Assembly: GCA_963675785.1 (NCBI GenBank)
Contig: OY776562.1
Location: forward strand, 128,001 to 192,000
Length of the DNA: 64,000 nucleotides
Reading direction: 5' to 3'
From: Anaerolineae bacterium
Lineage (GTDB): Bacteria > Chloroflexota > Anaerolineae > UBA1429
Shown here piece by piece: positions 59,314-64,000 of this stretch. Numbering within the stretch: position 1 is the first letter of the stretch; every line of letters starts with the position of its first letter. The notes beneath the pieces are model-generated. The model saw only the letters and a list, made by a program, of their open reading frames with translations. It was not told the origin of the DNA and ran no database searches. The position numbers were made by a program, and so were the translations under genes.

Positions 59314-61170
59314 ATGGCCGAACCCGTCTACCGGGCAGATGTCCTGGTATGTACCGGCACAAGCTGCGTGTCATCGGGCTCAGTTTCAGTGCTCGATGCT
59401 TTACACGCGGAATTGGCCAAACAAGGGTTAGAGGATGAGGTCAGAGTGATTGAAACAGGCTGCCGTGGCTTTTGCGCCATGGGCCCTGTGTTGATCATTT
59501 ACCCTGACGACATCTTTTATTGCCAGGTTAAACCAGAAGATATCCCCACACTCGTTGAAGAGACACTGCTCAAAGGGCGCGTTGTAGAGCGTCTTGTCTA
59601 TCAGGAACCAGAGACGCATGAAGCAGTTCCCTTCTACGATGATATCCCCTTTTACGAGAAGCAAAACCGGATCATGCTTCGTAACTGCGGCTTGATCGAT
59701 CCGGAAATGATCGACGAGTATATTGTTCGCGGCGGTTACCGCGGCTTGGCCAAGGCGCTAACCGAGATGACGCCCGAGACCGTGGTGGCTGATGTCAAGG
59801 CATCTGGCTTGCGGGGCCGTGGTGGTGCGGGTTTCTTGACCGGACTAAAGTGGCAGTTTGCCCAAGCTGCTCCTGGCGATGTCAAGTACGTTGTTTGCAA
59901 CGCTGACGAAGGCGATCCTGGCGCGTTCATGGATCGTTCGATTCTTGAAGGTGATCCCCATTCGGTTGTCGAAGGTATGACGGTTTGTGGCTATGCCATC
60001 GGCGCCCACGAAGGCTATGTGTATTGCCGTGCTGAATACCCTCTGGCCATCAAGCGCCTCAAGTTGGCCATCAAGCAAGCTGAAGAGTATGGCTTGTTGG
60101 GTGATGACATTCTGGGCACGGGCTTTTCCTTCCACCTTCAGGTGAAAGAAGGCGCCGGTGCATTTGTGTGTGGTGAAGAGACTGCGCTTATCGCCTCCAT
60201 CGAGGGACGACGAGGTGAGCCTCGTCCTCGTCCGCCTTTCCCCGCGGTCGCCGGTTTGTGGGGCAAGCCAACCAACAACAATAACGTCAAATCCTACTGT
60301 GTCATCGCCCAGATCATTGAAAAGGGTCCGGATTGGTTCCGCGGCATTGGCACCGAGGGAAGTCCCGGCACCGCAGTCTTTGCTCTGACGGGCAAGGTTC
60401 GCCATACGGGTCTGGTTGAAGTTCCCATGGGCATTACTGTACGCGAGATCATCTATGATATCGGCGGCGGTATCCCTGATGGCAAAAAGTTCAAGGCCGT
60501 ACAGACGGGTGGCCCCCTGGGGGGTTGTATTAGTGAAGAGAATCTTGACCTTCAGGTCGATTTCGATTCATTGCGGCAGGCAGGCGCGGTCATGGGTTCT
60601 GGCGGTATGATCGTCGTTGACGAAGACACCTGTATGGTCGAGTTCTGCAAGTATTTCCTCACCTTTGCTGTGGCGGAATCTTGTGGCAAGTGCGTGCCCT
60701 GTCGTGTTGGCGGGCGTCGTATGCTTGAGATTCTGACACGCATCACCGAAGGCAATGGTGAGCTGGAAGATATCCCCAAGCTTGAAGAGATCGCTGCTGG
60801 TATGCAGAGCGGTGCGCTTTGTGCTCTGGGTCAGCTTACGCCGGGCCCGGTTCTGAGTGCGCTACGGTTCTTCCGTGAAGAATTTGAGGCACATATCACC
60901 GATAAGCGCTGCGCGGCACTTCAATGCGAGTCACTGATCTCTTATTACGTGAATCCTGCGGCTTGCAAAGCCTGTGGTAAATGCCGCAAGGCTTGCCCGG
61001 TCCAATGCATCACAGGCGATCGCAAGATGATCCATATCATCAATCAGGACGAGTGCATCAAGTGCGGTACGTGTTATTCTGTGTGCCCGTTTGACGCCAT
61101 TACCAAGGTTTCTGGCCAAGAGTTTGCCGTGCCTACAGAGCTTATACCGGTTGGTTCTTGGCAGGCATAG
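59314..61170 (+). CDS. NuoF-like FMN/NAD subunit (HydB type) with N-terminal thioredoxin-like domain and C-terminal 2x[4Fe-4S]
   Basis: CTGTSC..GCRGFC; GLRGRGGAGF; CNADEGDPGAFMDR; GAFVCGEETAL; ESCGKCVPCR..C; CKACGKCRKACP and CIKCGTCYSVCP. Confidence 0.95.
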   Translation: MAEPVYRADVLVCTGTSCVSSGSVSVLDALHAELAKQGLEDEVRVIETGCRGFCAMGPVLIIYPDDIFYCQVKPEDIPTLVEETLLKGRVVERLVYQEPETHEAVPFYDDIPFYEKQNRIMLRNCGLIDPEMIDEYIVRGGYRGLAKALTEMTPETVVADVKASGLRGRGGAGFLTGLKWQFAQAAPGDVKYVVCNADEGDPGAFMDRSILEGDPHSVVEGMTVCGYAIGAHEGYVYCRAEYPLAIKRLKLAIKQAEEYGLLGDDILGTGFSFHLQVKEGAGAFVCGEETALIASIEGRRGEPRPRPPFPAVAGLWGKPTNNNNVKSYCVIAQIIEKGPDWFRGIGTEGSPGTAVFALTGKVRHTGLVEVPMGITVREIIYDIGGGIPDGKKFKAVQTGGPLGGCISEENLDLQVDFDSLRQAGAVMGSGGMIVVDEDTCMVEFCKYFLTFAVAESCGKCVPCRVGGRRMLEILTRITEGNGELEDIPKLEEIAAGMQSGALCALGQLTPGPVLSALRFFREEFEAHITDKRCAALQCESLISYYVNPAACKACGKCRKACPVQCITGDRKMIHIINQDECIKCGTCYSVCPFDAITKVSGQEFAVPTELIPVGSWQA

Positions 61171-61288
61171 TACAAATATTGACGGCCAAAACAACAGGCC
61201 GAATGGACGAACTAGCCCTGGGCTGCCAAATGAGTAAATTGACCAAGGCTGAGGCAGTCCACAGAAAACGTCGGAGTGAGGAGGATTC

Positions 61289-62962
61289 ATGCCCGATGTC
61301 ACGGTAACCATCGATGGTGTTACCGGCAGCGTTCCAGCAGGGAGCACGGTCATTGAAGCCGCGCAAAAGCTCGGGGTCAACTCGATTCCTACGCTTTGCC
61401 ATCATCCTGCGATTGAGCCGATTGGCGCTTGCCGGATTTGTCTAGTTGAGATCGAAAAGCAGCGTGCCCTGCAGCCCGCCTGCACCTTCCCTGTTGCTGA
61501 CGGGATGGTTGTGCACACCATGAGCGATAAGGCAATCGAGTCGCGCAAGTTTGTGCTACAGCTGCTGTTTTCCGAACGCAACCATTTTTGCATGTTCTGT
61601 CAGATGAGTGGCAGTTGCGAACTTCAGGACCTGGCTTATGCCTATGGCCTGGATCATTGGGAATTTGATCGCGCCTTTCCCAAGCTTGCAACCGATGCTT
61701 CTCGCGAGTTTTTTATCTATGATCCGAATCGGTGCATCCTGTGCCGGCGCTGTATTCGCGTTTGTGACGAAGTAGTAGGTAACGGCACGCTTGGCTTACG
61801 CAATCGTGGCACCGACAGCATGATTGTGGCTGACCTGGATGTGCCCTTTGGCGAATCCAGCTGCGTATCCTGTGGAACCTGCCTGCAGGTTTGCCCCACG
61901 GGCGCACTGATCGATCGCGAAAGTGCTTACATGGGCGCTACGGCCGAGGTTACGCGTGTCAAGAGCCGTTGTACGGCTTGCGGTGTAGGTTGCGGCATTG
62001 AGATCATTGTGCGTGACAACCGCGTCATTCGCATAGAGGGTGACTGGGATGCTGAGCCCAACAAAGGCTTGCTTTGTGAAAGAGGCCGCTTTGGCAATCT
62101 TTACGAAAAGCGCCAGCGCATCTATCAGCCCATTGTTGGCGGTGATGCCACGACGGCCGATGCTGCCTTGGCAATTGCGGCGCAGGGCCTGAAGGCGGCA
62201 GGAGATGGCCTTTGCACTGTTCTGTCTGGTTATGTGACCAATGAAGAAGCTGATGCGGCCTTGGCTATGCCTGGTAAGGCGGCACTACTCAGTGTGGCCG
62301 ATGGCGCGGCTGAGCGCAAACCTTTGAGCGCATTGGACCAGGCTGACGGTTTTTGCATCGTCAAGACGGATCTGGCCAAGGTTGCCCCAGTAGCCAGCTA
62401 CGCCATCAAGCGAGCTTTCCGTCATCGTCAGGCACCAGTTGCGACAGTCGATGTGATCAGCGACAGCATGGATGTTTGGACAGACAAGGCCTTTGCGGCC
62501 GATGATCTGGCTGGTGTAGCTGCTGTGCTCAAAAATTGCGTCGCCCCGGCAGTCGTTTTTGATGATCGCTATGCAGAGCTGGCTGAAAAGGTGGCTGCGG
62601 CTATTCCAAATGCAACGCTTGTTCCTCTGGCACTGGGCGGTAACACTGTGGGCTTGCTCGACAAGGGCGTTGAGCCGACCGCGGATTCAGCAAGCGCCTA
62701 TTATGTGCTTGCTGGTGAAACCGCCGAACTCTGCCCCGAGCTGGAGAAAAAACTCGCTGCGGCTGACTTTGTGGTGGTGCAGGCTTGTTATGCAGAGCCC
62801 TGGAGCAAAGTGGCAGATGTTATTCTGCCTGCCCCGGTGATGTATGAGAAGAACGGCACTTTTGTGAATACCGAAGGCAAGACCGAAACGCTGGTGGCAG
62901 CCATAGAAACCAGCCTCGTCTCAGAGTTGGAGACGATCAAGCAGCTGGCTGAATTGATGTAA
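61289..62962 (+). CDS. NuoG/FdhA-like Fe-S subunit (HydA type without H-cluster)
   Basis: [2Fe-2S] LC..GACRIC..AC; H.CMFC.....C; CILCRRC...C and CVSCGTC...CP; CTACGVGC...LC; shortened molybdopterin-like domain ending ADVILP...EKNGTFVNTEG. Confidence 0.9.
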   Translation: MPDVTVTIDGVTGSVPAGSTVIEAAQKLGVNSIPTLCHHPAIEPIGACRICLVEIEKQRALQPACTFPVADGMVVHTMSDKAIESRKFVLQLLFSERNHFCMFCQMSGSCELQDLAYAYGLDHWEFDRAFPKLATDASREFFIYDPNRCILCRRCIRVCDEVVGNGTLGLRNRGTDSMIVADLDVPFGESSCVSCGTCLQVCPTGALIDRESAYMGATAEVTRVKSRCTACGVGCGIEIIVRDNRVIRIEGDWDAEPNKGLLCERGRFGNLYEKRQRIYQPIVGGDATTADAALAIAAQGLKAAGDGLCTVLSGYVTNEEADAALAMPGKAALLSVADGAAERKPLSALDQADGFCIVKTDLAKVAPVASYAIKRAFRHRQAPVATVDVISDSMDVWTDKAFAADDLAGVAAVLKNCVAPAVVFDDRYAELAEKVAAAIPNATLVPLALGGNTVGLLDKGVEPTADSASAYYVLAGETAELCPELEKKLAAADFVVVQACYAEPWSKVADVILPAPVMYEKNGTFVNTEGKTETLVAAIETSLVSELETIKQLAELM

Positions 62963-63049
62963 CGCTCACCGGTTATAAGAGCGTACTTGACCCCGATTCT
63001 CGGTCATAGCACGCGCTCTTGAACCGAGAAGAACCTACGGAGAAGGTCA

Positions 63050-63595
63050 ATGGACAAGATCACCGTATGCACCGACTGGCTGGACGTTTGTTCCGGCTGC
63101 CATATGTCATTTCTCGATATCGATGAGCGTATCATTGAGCTGCTCAAGTACGTTCAGCTCTTGTCGTCGCCCATCACCGATCTCAAGCATCCGCCTGAGG
63201 GAGGCGTGGATATCGGCATTCTCACGGGTGCCGTGAGCAATGATCATCAAGAAGAAGTGGCTAAGCTCATGCGCTCTCGCTGCAAGACGCTCATCGCCCT
63301 TGGCGATTGCGCTGTCTTTGGCGGCATCTGCACCATGCGCAACATGTTTGATACGGAGGACGTGTTGAGCCGCGCCTATGTCGAGACCGAATCGACTGAG
63401 GCTGGCCAAGAGATACCGCGTTCACCAGAGATTGCCAAGTTGTTCCCAGAAGTCAAAGCGGTTAACCAGATCGTCAAAGTTGATATTCACATTCCGGGTT
63501 GCCCGCCTCCCGCTGATACCATTTGGTATGCGTTGTCAGAGCTCATTGCTGGCCGCACGCCGGTACTCACGGGCGAGCTGTTCACCTACGACTAA
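63050..63595 (+). CDS. hoxY: [NiFe]-hydrogenase small subunit (HoxY/HydS type)
   Basis: [25 protein letters not shown]; short single-cluster form. Confidence 0.9.
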   Translation: MDKITVCTDWLDVCSGCHMSFLDIDERIIELLKYVQLLSSPITDLKHPPEGGVDIGILTGAVSNDHQEEVAKLMRSRCKTLIALGDCAVFGGICTMRNMFDTEDVLSRAYVETESTEAGQEIPRSPEIAKLFPEVKAVNQIVKVDIHIPGCPPPADTIWYALSELIAGRTPVLTGELFTYD

Positions 63596-63614
63596 CGAAT
63601 ACGGGAGAGTAAAT

Positions 63615-64000
<386 letters not shown>

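Noticed and set aside
61289-62962. Formate dehydrogenase or [FeFe]-hydrogenase catalytic subunit
   Set aside because: No H-cluster motifs (TSCCP, MPC, EXMXC); the molybdopterin domain is much shortened with no Cys/Sec-His active-site motif or in-frame TGA.

Overview
A gene-dense bacterial chromosome segment with no rRNA, tRNA, CRISPR array or mobile element that I can recognise. The gene repertoire suggests an anaerobic Chloroflexota (Anaerolineae-like) organism; this is inference from the many Pro/Thr-linker surface proteins, a solo ftsZ, an aroK-aroB fusion, LCP/VanW/PA14 proteins and a group 3 [NiFe]-hydrogenase. Contents are housekeeping genes (argJ, galK, queD, lon, mfd, pth, rpoD, uvsE, ftsZ, ychF, yebC-ruvC-ruvA), an 8-gene shikimate-to-tyrosine operon, envelope/glycosylation genes, a two-component pair and the start of a large hydrogenase operon. 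Main signals: (1) a 41-codon leader ORF absent from the ORF track (31081-31206, minus) with a YRFAFYYYYF run plus antiterminator/terminator in front of the aro operon, i.e. a Tyr/Phe ribosome-sensing attenuator; (2) a HydABC-type, probably electron-bifurcating module joined to [NiFe] subunits and preceded by a DRTGG / CBS-kinase / PHP / HATPase cassette; (3) a stand-alone triad of degenerate antiporter-like membrane proteins; (4) structured leaders before rpoD, ftsZ and a response regulator; (5) a membrane PP2C-like pseudophosphatase. Two genes carry single-base frameshifts that look like assembly errors. All calls come from reading motifs and pairing by eye; no searches or folding programs were run.
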